From Phoenicibacter congonensis (GTDB lineage: Bacteria; Actinomycetota; Coriobacteriia; Coriobacteriales; Eggerthellaceae), in the NCBI GenBank assembly GCA_030530045.1, contig JAUMVS010000001.1, positions 1 through 59,295 on the forward strand: a stretch of DNA of 59,295 nucleotides, written 5' to 3'. The translations under genes and the position numbers were made by a program. Shown here piece by piece: positions 32,995-42,379 of this stretch (the stretch's first letter is position 1; each line of letters starts with the position of its first letter). The notes under the pieces are model-generated. The model was not told where the DNA came from, searched no databases, and was given only the letters and a program-made list of their open reading frames with translations.

Positions 32995-33840
32995 ATGAAT
33001 TCTAATCAGGTGTCGACAAACAATAAACTTCGCGAGCACTACCTTGGTGAAATTGCATCGATTCGAGGTCGAATCAAAGATTTCATCTTGGAGCGGGATG
33101 ACATTGTCTTAAATCAAAACCCAGCAATCGAGGCCGATTACATGAGCAAAATTGGCTGTTACGAAATCGAACTAGCTGAAGCTGAAATTAACGAGCGTCG
33201 TGCGAAGCGCAAACTTGCAATGTGCAAAGCTGCCAAAAAGAACGACTCTGAGATAAACGAAGCACTCATCGATGAAGTTCTTGATAAAGAGTTTGACAAG
33301 TGGCTAAATGAAGCAGAAGAGGGAACAGCATCATCGGTAGTAACCACCCAGGCTTCTAAAAAGGAGTTTGGGGACCTTTCTTTTGATGTTGAGAAGCTAA
33401 AAAAACTCTATCGCAAGCTTTGCAAGATTTTGCATCCTGACCTTTGCCCTGACGTAACCGATGAGCAGCGTCTCGAGTTTCATGCAATTCAAAAAGCTCA
33501 TGATTCGCTTGATTACGTTGCAATTGTTGCCTATTGCGATGCAAACGACATTGACACCGACGACCGCTATGAGCTGCTTGCTGATTCTCAAATTGCTGCG
33601 GTGATTGAGTCGCTAAAAGCGCAGGAAGGCACATCTCTCGAAGCGCTTGGGAAGTTAAAAACGACTTTTCCCTATGTTATGAAAGACAAGCTGACCGATT
33701 CTTCATGGGTTGAATCAACTGCTAATTCTTTGATTCTGAGAGCGCAAAACTCTGAGAGAAACACACTTCGCTTGAATGCTCAAATTCAAAATTACTTAAC
33801 TTCTGATGAAGGCGCTTCAGCAGAAGCGTCAGGAGAATAA
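32995..33840 (+). CDS. Coiled-coil protein with an internal J-domain (HPD motif)
   Basis: LKKLYRKLCKILHPDLCPD followed by helix EFHAIQKAHD; helical N- and C-terminal regions; no transmembrane segment. Confidence 0.78.
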   Translation: MNSNQVSTNNKLREHYLGEIASIRGRIKDFILERDDIVLNQNPAIEADYMSKIGCYEIELAEAEINERRAKRKLAMCKAAKKNDSEINEALIDEVLDKEFDKWLNEAEEGTASSVVTTQASKKEFGDLSFDVEKLKKLYRKLCKILHPDLCPDVTDEQRLEFHAIQKAHDSLDYVAIVAYCDANDIDTDDRYELLADSQIAAVIESLKAQEGTSLEALGKLKTTFPYVMKDKLTDSSWVESTANSLILRAQNSERNTLRLNAQIQNYLTSDEGASAEASGE

Positions 33841-33843
33841 ATT

Positions 33844-34251
33844 ATGGATAATTCTTTCGCGTTACAAAAAGTAGCTAAAAGCGCTGTTGGTGGCTATGTT
33901 GAGGGCGGTAGTGAACTCGGGTTTGTAAAACCTTTCTCCAATGCAATTAAAGTTATCACTAACACGCGCGTTGCTCTGACCTCCAAGTCGCCAAACATTG
34001 AGTTTTTAATAAAGTCTTTAAAGGTTGGCGACAGGCTTTTGCTCGTTCGTGAGCAGGGCAACCTCTCCGATCAATTCGGCGTTCGCATTGAGACAAAAAA
34101 CAATGAGAAGCTGGGATATCTTCCGTGTGATTGCAATGAGATAATTGCTCGTCTCATGGATGGCGACAAAGAGTTTTATGCAGAAATCACATCGGTTGAA
34201 GTGATTGGACCTTGGAACAAGATTGACATTGAGGTTTATCTCGATGACTAA
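33844..34251 (+). CDS. Stand-alone HIRAN domain protein
   Basis: LKVGDRLLLVREQGNLSDQFGVRI...KLGYLP...IARLMD...YAEI matches the HIRAN pattern L-x-L-x-RE-x-x-N-x-x-D...GY-hydrophobic-P. Confidence 0.8.
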   Translation: MDNSFALQKVAKSAVGGYVEGGSELGFVKPFSNAIKVITNTRVALTSKSPNIEFLIKSLKVGDRLLLVREQGNLSDQFGVRIETKNNEKLGYLPCDCNEIIARLMDGDKEFYAEITSVEVIGPWNKIDIEVYLDD

Positions 34252-35167
34252 GTGGGTTTTTCAAAATAAATTGTCGCAGCGCGAGCGGGAGCGCATCGAC
34301 TCAACGTGCGCTTTTCAACCCACAAAGGAGCTAGCACTCACTACAGGGCTGCCAGAAATAGCCATTAGTCAGGCTGTTTATGACATGGTGAGCGACCGCT
34401 ACATTGGTCGAGACTATGTTGATGTTTATCCACGAGGGTTTGCAATGCCGGGGGAGACCTGGGCGGGGCCAAACCTTGCGCTGAAATATGCAAAGCAATA
34501 TGTAACAGAGGCTCTTGGCTATATCGAGCCAAAAGACAAAGACTTGCGCATTGCTTGCATTAAAAGTGCCGAGCTTCTGCTGTTGCACTCTGTGTTTTTC
34601 TCGGAATGGGAGGGGAGTGCTGAATCGTGGCGGCTGCTTGGCGTAATCTATCTTAGAAACTGGGCTTTTGGTGATTATTGGTTGCTAGATGATGAATATG
34701 AATTCTTGCCTAGCTACCCAAAACTGCTAAAACTTGACTACCCTCAAAGAGCTTTTCATTGTTTTAAAAAAGCCTCTGAGTTAGGCGACGTTGAGTCACT
34801 TAATTATTTGGGTGAGTGCTACTTGAATGGTTATGGATGTGACCAAGATTTGCGCTTTGCTAACGATTGTATTTGGCAGGCATACTCTCAAGTAAAAGAG
34901 GCGACAGTTCGCGGGGTTGGACTCACTACGCTAAACATTGCAAAGTGTTGTGTGCTTGGTTTTGGCTGCGTCGTTGATTTTGCTGCAGCCAAAGAGTTCT
35001 TCGATAAAGCTTCCCAATCGTTATCCTTGGCTCTAGACCTTGGCGAAGACACGCTAGAGCGCTATCTTGTGGAAGCGCAAAAAGGTCTTGAGCGCATGAA
35101 GCAGGAATTGGGGTTTGAACCTTTTGGCTTTCGCCACGGGTTCAGAAAGCGCAGGTATTGCGACTAA
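34244..35167 (+). CDS. Sel1-like repeat (SLR/TPR) protein
   Basis: AFHCFKKASELGDVESLNYLGECYLNGYGCDQD and LNIAKCCVLGFGCVVDFAAAKEFFDKA repeats. Start reset to ATG 34244 (ATGACTAA overlap with the HIRAN gene, SD GAGGT). Confidence 0.78.
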   Translation: MTKWVFQNKLSQRERERIDSTCAFQPTKELALTTGLPEIAISQAVYDMVSDRYIGRDYVDVYPRGFAMPGETWAGPNLALKYAKQYVTEALGYIEPKDKDLRIACIKSAELLLLHSVFFSEWEGSAESWRLLGVIYLRNWAFGDYWLLDDEYEFLPSYPKLLKLDYPQRAFHCFKKASELGDVESLNYLGECYLNGYGCDQDLRFANDCIWQAYSQVKEATVRGVGLTTLNIAKCCVLGFGCVVDFAAAKEFFDKASQSLSLALDLGEDTLERYLVEAQKGLERMKQELGFEPFGFRHGFRKRRYCD

Positions 35168-35706
35168 TCGGTCACTAGGTGCTTTTTAACGAGCAGCGAA
35201 ATCGACCAAGCAACGATAATCTTGCAAAGGTCAATCAATGCAAATGGAATAACGCAAGTGCTCAAAGCAACAATTGCGCTGGCGTTTGCGACAACCATAA
35301 ATTGAATTGTGCCAATTGCATAGGCAATGAGTGTCAGCGCGATTCCGCAAACAATCACAAGCACGTTTGAAGTGACTTTGTTGTCGCTCTTGATTTTACT
35401 GATTGCAAATGCCATTGGGAAAATTCCGATGAGGTATCCAAGTAAAAAGCCGCCAGATGGCCCAAGCAAGACACCAATTCCGCCTTTGAAAGAAGCGAAA
35501 ACAGGTGCACCAATTGCACCGAGGATTACATAAATCACCATTGCGAGCAGCGCAGTTTTTGGTTTACCAATAAAAAGAACGAGTGTGATTGCGAAAGTTT
35601 GAAGCGTAAAAGGAATTGGACCAAACGGAACAGTAACCATTGCTCCCACTGCTATGAATGCAGTGAATAATGCTGCCAGGATAATGTCTTTAATGTTGCT
35701 GCTCAT
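35164..35706 (-). CDS. bioY: Biotin transporter BioY (ECF S-component)
   Basis: PIPFTLQTF, LGAIGAPVF and GPSGGFLLGY motifs; hydrophobic throughout; SD AAGGAGG. Confidence 0.94.
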   Translation of the reverse strand: MSSNIKDIILAALFTAFIAVGAMVTVPFGPIPFTLQTFAITLVLFIGKPKTALLAMVIYVILGAIGAPVFASFKGGIGVLLGPSGGFLLGYLIGIFPMAFAISKIKSDNKVTSNVLVIVCGIALTLIAYAIGTIQFMVVANASAIVALSTCVIPFALIDLCKIIVAWSISLLVKKHLVTD

Positions 35707-35766
35707 TTAGTAAGTTCCTCCTTTTGAGCTGAAAGTGTCATAACTCGCATAAGTATAATAGTTTTC

Positions 35767-38583
35767 ATGAATACGACAGTTAACAAAATACATTTATTTC
35801 GAAGCATTGAACGTGCTGAACAATTCGCCAAAAAGATTGCTGACGCTGGTGTTTTGATTGGTCACAAGTGCACGACCCCGCGAAACTTTGCGCTCGATTT
35901 AGTGCAAATGTTTAACCCAGACGTCAAAATTATTGATGACATCACAAGAACTGCTTTCATCATTTCACTCACAAGCGATAGGTCGGGTGAATATGGGTTG
36001 GAATTTTTCCAATCAGGTGACATGATTTGGCTTTTATCTAGTCTTGTGAAAATCACGGCTGGTACCGACCATGTTAAAAATGCACTGGAGGAAGCCAGTG
36101 AAGACGACGAGGTCTTGTCTGCCATGGAAGTCTCAACTCTTGATTTAGCCGAGAATTATCGGTCGACGATTGCGGCCTTTGGCTATTGTGAGCTCGGCGA
36201 AGCTGCCGCCCTAGTAGCTGATCAATTTCGTGATGTCTACGATGTGGTTTGGGAAGACGAATGCGAGTGCGACGAGGCTATCTTTAACCTGATTTCCACC
36301 GTTGCTAAGAGTGAGGAGTTTAAGGCACCTAGCATTTTCGATGGTTTGCATGACGATTTTAGAAACTTTAGTCTTTATTCACTTTCAGAGAAACGCGCCG
36401 TAATACCCGCAATTTGCGACTTGGTTTCTGGCTTAAAAGAAAACACCAAGACGTTAATTATCACAGGAAACACCGAAGAGACCTATGCTCACATAAAAGC
36501 TGCTTTGAGTCATGCCGACAAACTTTGCTCCGTGCATTATCGTTGGACTTCGAAATTAAGCGACACGTTTGTGGGGCAAGCAATGCTTGCTATGACCGAT
36601 TTACTCTATGGTCTCGAAACCGACATTGACAAAAACATCATTCGTTTGCTCAATAACCCACTCTTGGGTATTAGCGTCTTTAAGCGCACTAAGCTCGATG
36701 CCGACATGCGAAAAAATCCGGTTATTGCTAGGAAGCGAGTGATAGAAACAATCAAAAATGAATCTGTAGTTTTTGATGTTTTGGCTAGATTAGTTGACCC
36801 AACATGCTTTTCTACAAGGCTTGAGGACTTTGATTGTCTAGACGCTTTAATTCAGTCTAAAGATTCAAACAACATCATGACTAAGCACCAAAAAGAAGCC
36901 TGCTCTCTTGCGATTGCGACTTTGCGTCAGTTGACTGAGCAACTTGGCACTCTTGGCCTTGATGGTTTTTATGCTCTTGACATCTTTGATGACATGTCGC
37001 TAGTTAGCAATAATGTTGCAGGTTGCGCTGGCGCAAACACAGAAATTCACATTGCGCAGTCTGGTCAGGTTGTAAACATCGCGCCCGAAAAATATGACAC
37101 GGTTTTTTTCTATGACACATCAACAGTTCTGTTTAACGCCTCTACGAAGTTTGACTCGCTTTATACGCTTTTAGAAAAAATTGGTTATAAAAAATCTCTG
37201 TCCACCTCAGAAAAGACGAGACTTGGCTTCTTCTCGGGCATCTATTCTTCAAATGACAAGGTGATCCTTTGTTACCCTGAACGTGATTTGAGCGGAAGCA
37301 AAGGGGAGATGTATCCTTCATTTACTTTGCAGGAGTTCTTTATTAACTATGCAGGCATGGACTTTGATAAAGATAATGCTGAAGAAATTTGTCACGCGGC
37401 AAACATTGGTTTTAAATGCTTTGGTGAAGATTCAGCTCTTCAAATCGTTGGTATTAATAACTTACTAGATGCACCTTGTGACAATCGCCAGGTCTATCCA
37501 GTGAAGTACAAACTTGACCAAGCTGAACTTTCTAATTACTTGGCAGTTGATGAGGAAACAGGGAAGTTGATATTGTCGCCTTCCCAAATTGAGTCCTATC
37601 TGCAGTGCTCCTATAAATGGTTCTACAACAGCAGAATTAACCCAAAATCGCTTGACTTCGAGCTTGACGCTTCCGTTAAAGGTAGCTTGGTTCACAGCTT
37701 CTTTAAGATTTTCTATGATGAGCTTTTTGAACGGGGCGTTTTCCGCTTAGTGCCTGAGACTTTTGACCAAGAGAGTTCTTTCTTAAACATTGATGACATT
37801 TTTGAAGATAGCTTCTTAAAAGCCCTAAACGATGTGCTTGGAGATGACACATTGCAAAAGACTGCGGCTGATAGTGGTCAAGATGATTCGCAAGAGAGCT
37901 CGCCGACAGGAATTTTTGAGCTTGATAACTGCAAGGTTACAAGTTTTGCTGACGGTTTTGAATTGCAACAGCTAAAGCAGCAGTGCTACCGGTCGTTGCT
38001 TGAGCAGTCGCTGATTCCTGATGATTACATTGTCGCTGGCACAGAAGTCGAAATTAAACCTGAGCAAAAGCTTGAATATGCATCGGTGATCATCAACGGC
38101 AGGGCAGACAGGGTTGATGCCTGCGAGGAATCAAATTCTTTCCTCGTCATTGACTACAAGGGTGGCATTGATGCACACGAGGCAGGTTTTGATTGCACCG
38201 ATGGAGTCAACGACGATGGTGAATATATCGTTGATTTGCCTGGCAAGATTCAGGCTTTAATTTATGCGTCGTGCATTCAAAAGTTAACTGGTAAGCATTG
38301 TGATGGAGCAATTTATTTGAGCTACAACCACAAGAAAAAAAAGGATGCGATTTCTGGCTCGCTTCCAATCGGGCTCATTGATGAGTTTGATGCATTTACT
38401 TTCAAAAAGAATAAGTGCGCTGTACACTTAGACATGGATGAATATTTGATGCTGGTTGAAAAAACTATTGCTGAGCGCCTGGAAAATCTAAAGGCAGGCG
38501 ACATCACCCCAAATCCAAAGGATGCAAAAACTTGCACCTATTGCCCTGTTGCAAATTGTCCGTACAAAAATGGGGGGAAATAA
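35767..38583 (+). CDS. AddB-like PD-(D/E)XK nuclease with Fe-S staple cysteines
   Basis: SPSQIESYLQCSY, GSLVH, NGRADRVD, VIDYKG, QALIYA and C-terminal CTYCPVANCP; 1-bp overlap with the downstream helicase. Confidence 0.82.
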   Translation: MNTTVNKIHLFRSIERAEQFAKKIADAGVLIGHKCTTPRNFALDLVQMFNPDVKIIDDITRTAFIISLTSDRSGEYGLEFFQSGDMIWLLSSLVKITAGTDHVKNALEEASEDDEVLSAMEVSTLDLAENYRSTIAAFGYCELGEAAALVADQFRDVYDVVWEDECECDEAIFNLISTVAKSEEFKAPSIFDGLHDDFRNFSLYSLSEKRAVIPAICDLVSGLKENTKTLIITGNTEETYAHIKAALSHADKLCSVHYRWTSKLSDTFVGQAMLAMTDLLYGLETDIDKNIIRLLNNPLLGISVFKRTKLDADMRKNPVIARKRVIETIKNESVVFDVLARLVDPTCFSTRLEDFDCLDALIQSKDSNNIMTKHQKEACSLAIATLRQLTEQLGTLGLDGFYALDIFDDMSLVSNNVAGCAGANTEIHIAQSGQVVNIAPEKYDTVFFYDTSTVLFNASTKFDSLYTLLEKIGYKKSLSTSEKTRLGFFSGIYSSNDKVILCYPERDLSGSKGEMYPSFTLQEFFINYAGMDFDKDNAEEICHAANIGFKCFGEDSALQIVGINNLLDAPCDNRQVYPVKYKLDQAELSNYLAVDEETGKLILSPSQIESYLQCSYKWFYNSRINPKSLDFELDASVKGSLVHSFFKIFYDELFERGVFRLVPETFDQESSFLNIDDIFEDSFLKALNDVLGDDTLQKTAADSGQDDSQESSPTGIFELDNCKVTSFADGFELQQLKQQCYRSLLEQSLIPDDYIVAGTEVEIKPEQKLEYASVIINGRADRVDACEESNSFLVIDYKGGIDAHEAGFDCTDGVNDDGEYIVDLPGKIQALIYASCIQKLTGKHCDGAIYLSYNHKKKKDAISGSLPIGLIDEFDAFTFKKNKCAVHLDMDEYLMLVEKTIAERLENLKAGDITPNPKDAKTCTYCPVANCPYKNGGK

Positions 38584-41500
38584 TGGCAGAACGTAACCCT
38601 CAATTAGATGTTATAGAAACGCTTGATTGTCCTGTAATCGTGCAGGCAGGCGCTGGTTCAGGCAAAACACACACTTTAACAGAGCGAATTGTTTATGCGC
38701 TAACTCCGCGCGACGGCAGGGAAGCCTTTGCTCGTTCGGTGAAAAACGTCGTCGCTATCACTTTTACAAACAAAGGTGCAGAAGAAATTAAGAGCCGCTT
38801 GCGCTACAAGTTAGAAGCGGCAGGTTTGCACGATGAGGCTCTTCTTGTTGACGATGCTTTCATCACTACAATTCATGGATTTGCAGGCAGAATTCTTCTC
38901 GAAAATGCGCTTGCATTTGGACTAAATCCTCGCTTTAAGCTCATTAATGAAACCGAAGAAGAGGTGGTTTTTAAACGTGCCTTCGACAAAGCTTTAAGTA
39001 ATGTTTTGAGCGGTGCTGACATTGTTGAAAACTTGATGTCCAATGCTCAATTTTTGCAAGGTTTTTCCGATGCGGGCGATTTTCCTTCTGATGATTTGCC
39101 GTTTGACCTGACTGATAAACATGAACTTGAGATAAAGATAAACAACGACTTTAAAAAAGCACTCACATCGATGATTGCTTCTGAGCTTGGTTCTCAAATA
39201 GTTGGCGCTCTGTTTGAAGATGGTCTTCTTAATGACGATTTCTTAAAAAATGACCTTGTTGAGGTTGTTCAACAGATAGTCCAAACTGCCTCGCAAATTC
39301 CTAATGGTGATTTTTCGAAGGCATTCGTAGGGACTTTTATGTCACCTGTCGAGATTGTTGGAAAACTTTGCAGAATAGTTGTCGATGCGCAGACTAGCAT
39401 CAGTCTAGACATGACCAAAAGTAGGGATGCTTCGCTTTCCGATGCACTCGAGGATTATCTTGAAAAATTACATCAATTTTTAAACGAGACTCACACCGAC
39501 AGCACACGTTCCGATGATTTCAAGGTAGTCTTAGACCTCTTTGAAGAAGTGCCAAAAATCACTCCTAAATTTCACATTAATGGCAGCGACCGAGATGCCG
39601 TCGAGACTTATGCTTGTGAAGTCTGCAAGCTTGCTCTTGAGCTTTACTGCTCTGCAAATGAAGAAACGACCACTTTTGTTGCTAGACTTTCTAAAAAAAC
39701 ATTTGAGTTTATGCAGGAAGAGCTCGGCGATGACAAGCTAACGCTCAATGATGTCTTGCGCATTTGCTATGAGAGTCTCTCGGGCAATGAGGAAATCGCT
39801 GAGCATTATCGTGAGAAGTTTGACCTCATCATGATTGATGAGTTTCAAGACACCGATAATTTGCAGCTCGAATTGATTGGTCTTGTTGCAAAAGATAACT
39901 TCAAAAATGTTTGCACCGTTGGTGATGTTCAGCAAAGCATCTATCGTTTCCGAGGTGCCGATGTGAACGTTTTTCGCAACTACAAAGAGCATTTATCTTC
40001 ACTCGATTGCGGTTTGATTGTTTTTAACCTTCCGAACAACTATCGTTCTCATTCCGACATTCTTGCCTTGACAGACATTATTTTTCCGCAGGAAAACATG
40101 TTTGGTGATGAGTTTTTGCATCTAAACCCAAGGGGTAAGATTAACGACGTTGACGACCCTGTTTTTAAAGAGTTTCCACGTGTAAAGATTGGTGTGCTTT
40201 CTTATAACCACAATGCAAAAGATATATCGGAGAGGTTTACTTCTCAAGAAGCTCTAGCTCAGCAAGCAAAAGAAGCAGCTCTTCATTTTAGAGAACTGGC
40301 TGACGCCGGAGTGAGCCCTGGCAAGATGGCTGTTTTGCTTGGATCAATTTCAACTAAATCAGCTGAAATAGGACAAGCCTATCAGCAGGCTTTGACGGAG
40401 GTTGGTCTAGAGTCGGTCATTACAGGCGGTTCAACTTTTGGAAAATGCAATGAAGCTCTTGTTGTAGAGGCTCTAATTTCGTTTGCAAGAAATCTGTTTG
40501 ACAGTGAGGCGTTAGCCTTCATTTTAAGAAACGATTTCTTTAATATTTCCGACGATGCTCTTTTGGTTCTCGCTTCGCAATTTAGCGCTGAAACTGGCGA
40601 CTTTGAAAGAAAGACCGATTTGTCGAAGGGCTTTACCCGCATTGATGAAGTGCGTCTTAAGCACTTGTCTGAACAAGATGCCCAAAGCGTGAAGTTCGCT
40701 AGCGAAGTTTTGATGAGCTATCTCGACAACGTCAGAAGATGGGGCTTGAGATTAGCCATTCGTGAGTTTTTAACTGTTACAGGAACGCTCGATTCTTTGA
40801 GTAAGCTTGGCCCTGAAGGTCAGGTAGTCGCTGGCAATTACGAAAAAGCACTCGCCATAATTGCCGACCTTGAAAAAGAAACTCGCGAGCTTTTCTTGAT
40901 TCATGAAGAATATAAAGGCTTCCTTCAAAACTCTAAAGAGTCGCCTGGAATTCTTTCTACTTCTGATTCTCAATTTATCCAAATCATGACAGTTCATGCG
41001 TCTAAGGGCCTGGAATTTGATCATGTTGTGTGCGCAGTTCTTAGTGACGGGCTTCTAGTTGGGCAAAAAAGTCCTGAGATGAAGCCAATTTGTGATTACA
41101 CTAGCCTTGACATGATGGATAGACAGCTACTCATTTCGTTCCCGAAAAAGTGGGGTAAAAAATCTCATGTTGGGGAGATGATGGATAGTTTTAAGCCCTT
41201 CGAGCAAAAGTTGCTTTCGCATCAGAGCATGACGGCGGGTGAGTTGCGCCGAAATCTTGTTTATCGTGAAAAGCACGAAAGCCTTGATGAGGCAAAGCGC
41301 CTTCTTTATGTTGCACTCACTCGTGCGGTCAAGTCGGTTTATCTGCAGGTAAAAATCGACGGTAAAGTTGATGATGGTTACCAGGGAAAAGGACTTTGGG
41401 AATATTTATACGAGACGTTCAAGTGGGATGTAAAAAGCATTTCATCTCGGGAAGCAATTGAGCTTCCTAACGGCAATAAAGGCATTCTTGAATATGAGCA

Positions 41501-42275
41501 CATGCCTGAAGCCCTTAATCTTGAAGATGAAGAAGAAGACGAAGAGGAGCTTAGTGAGTCTTCGGAGGATGAATCTTTAAATGAGGATGACTACGTTATT
41601 TATCCTGTTCGTGACTATCCAAAGCCACTCAACACAATTTATGCGCCCCTAAAAGATGAGTCTTTTTTCTCCTATTCGTCAATTGAGAAATTTAAGCACC
41701 ATGAATATTTAATGGAAAGCCCAAAGAAAATTGAGCTTCAAGAAGATGACATTGATGGGCATAAACTCGACCGCGTTGACGGCGATAAAGCTACTGAGTT
41801 TGGCACAAAGCTTCACGGTGCTTTGGAATATAGCGTGATTAATGGCGCCAGGCCCGAAAACATTGACGAGGTTAGCGATGCTAGGCTAAATGCCGCTCTT
41901 TCAAATGTGCTGGAAAGTTCAATTTTCAATTCGGTGCTTGAATGTGATCAGGTTTCACCTGAGCTTGAATTTTGTGTTCCGTTTGAGGCCGAAGGTGGCA
42001 AAAGATGGCTTCGCGGAGCGATGGACCTCGTTGGTTTTGATGGCAAGAAAGCGCACATTATTGATTACAAGTCAGGCGTAAACCCAATTGATCACGAAAG
42101 CCAGGCGAAAGTTTATTCATGGGTTCTTTTGACTGCAGGCTATGAGCACATCGAAGTCGATTTCTTGCATGCTGAAGTGACAGATGATGCAGGTGATGAT
42201 TGCTTTGTGCAGCATTTTAGTTTCGACGCAGCTGATGCCTCCAATCTAAAGCGCGAAATTGAGCTTGCTTTGTAA
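38583..42275 (+). CDS. AddA-like UvrD-family helicase with a C-terminal RecB-type nuclease
   Basis: AGAGSGKT, ITFTNK, TIHGF, IDEFQD, VGDVQQSIYRFRGAD, NYRS, TVHASKGLEF and YVALTRA motifs; nuclease RGAMDL...IIDYKSG...Q..Y. Start reset to ATG 38583. Confidence 0.88.
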   Translation: MAERNPQLDVIETLDCPVIVQAGAGSGKTHTLTERIVYALTPRDGREAFARSVKNVVAITFTNKGAEEIKSRLRYKLEAAGLHDEALLVDDAFITTIHGFAGRILLENALAFGLNPRFKLINETEEEVVFKRAFDKALSNVLSGADIVENLMSNAQFLQGFSDAGDFPSDDLPFDLTDKHELEIKINNDFKKALTSMIASELGSQIVGALFEDGLLNDDFLKNDLVEVVQQIVQTASQIPNGDFSKAFVGTFMSPVEIVGKLCRIVVDAQTSISLDMTKSRDASLSDALEDYLEKLHQFLNETHTDSTRSDDFKVVLDLFEEVPKITPKFHINGSDRDAVETYACEVCKLALELYCSANEETTTFVARLSKKTFEFMQEELGDDKLTLNDVLRICYESLSGNEEIAEHYREKFDLIMIDEFQDTDNLQLELIGLVAKDNFKNVCTVGDVQQSIYRFRGADVNVFRNYKEHLSSLDCGLIVFNLPNNYRSHSDILALTDIIFPQENMFGDEFLHLNPRGKINDVDDPVFKEFPRVKIGVLSYNHNAKDISERFTSQEALAQQAKEAALHFRELADAGVSPGKMAVLLGSISTKSAEIGQAYQQALTEVGLESVITGGSTFGKCNEALVVEALISFARNLFDSEALAFILRNDFFNISDDALLVLASQFSAETGDFERKTDLSKGFTRIDEVRLKHLSEQDAQSVKFASEVLMSYLDNVRRWGLRLAIREFLTVTGTLDSLSKLGPEGQVVAGNYEKALAIIADLEKETRELFLIHEEYKGFLQNSKESPGILSTSDSQFIQIMTVHASKGLEFDHVVCAVLSDGLLVGQKSPEMKPICDYTSLDMMDRQLLISFPKKWGKKSHVGEMMDSFKPFEQKLLSHQSMTAGELRRNLVYREKHESLDEAKRLLYVALTRAVKSVYLQVKIDGKVDDGYQGKGLWEYLYETFKWDVKSISSREAIELPNGNKGILEYEHMPEALNLEDEEEDEEELSESSEDESLNEDDYVIYPVRDYPKPLNTIYAPLKDESFFSYSSIEKFKHHEYLMESPKKIELQEDDIDGHKLDRVDGDKATEFGTKLHGALEYSVINGARPENIDEVSDARLNAALSNVLESSIFNSVLECDQVSPELEFCVPFEAEGGKRWLRGAMDLVGFDGKKAHIIDYKSGVNPIDHESQAKVYSWVLLTAGYEHIEVDFLHAEVTDDAGDDCFVQHFSFDAADASNLKREIELAL

Positions 42276-42379
42276 ACTGGTTGAGCAGTTTCGACTAGTC
42301 TCGTTTAGTGGCTGGTCTAACAATTGCTTGTTCGGTCCTGACTCTCATTTTTAAGAAGGGAACTTTTAGCTTTTAATAA

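Noticed and set aside
35742-35769. dif-like site (AACTCGCATAA resembles a XerC arm); also XerD-like half matches at 6271-6281 and 32909-32919
   Set aside because: In each case only one arm matches and the partner arm is poor; the 35742 and 6271 matches are better explained as promoter DNA.
35707-35790. BirA operator at bioY
   Set aside because: Only one GTTAACA half-site (35779-35785) is present, with no correctly spaced partner.
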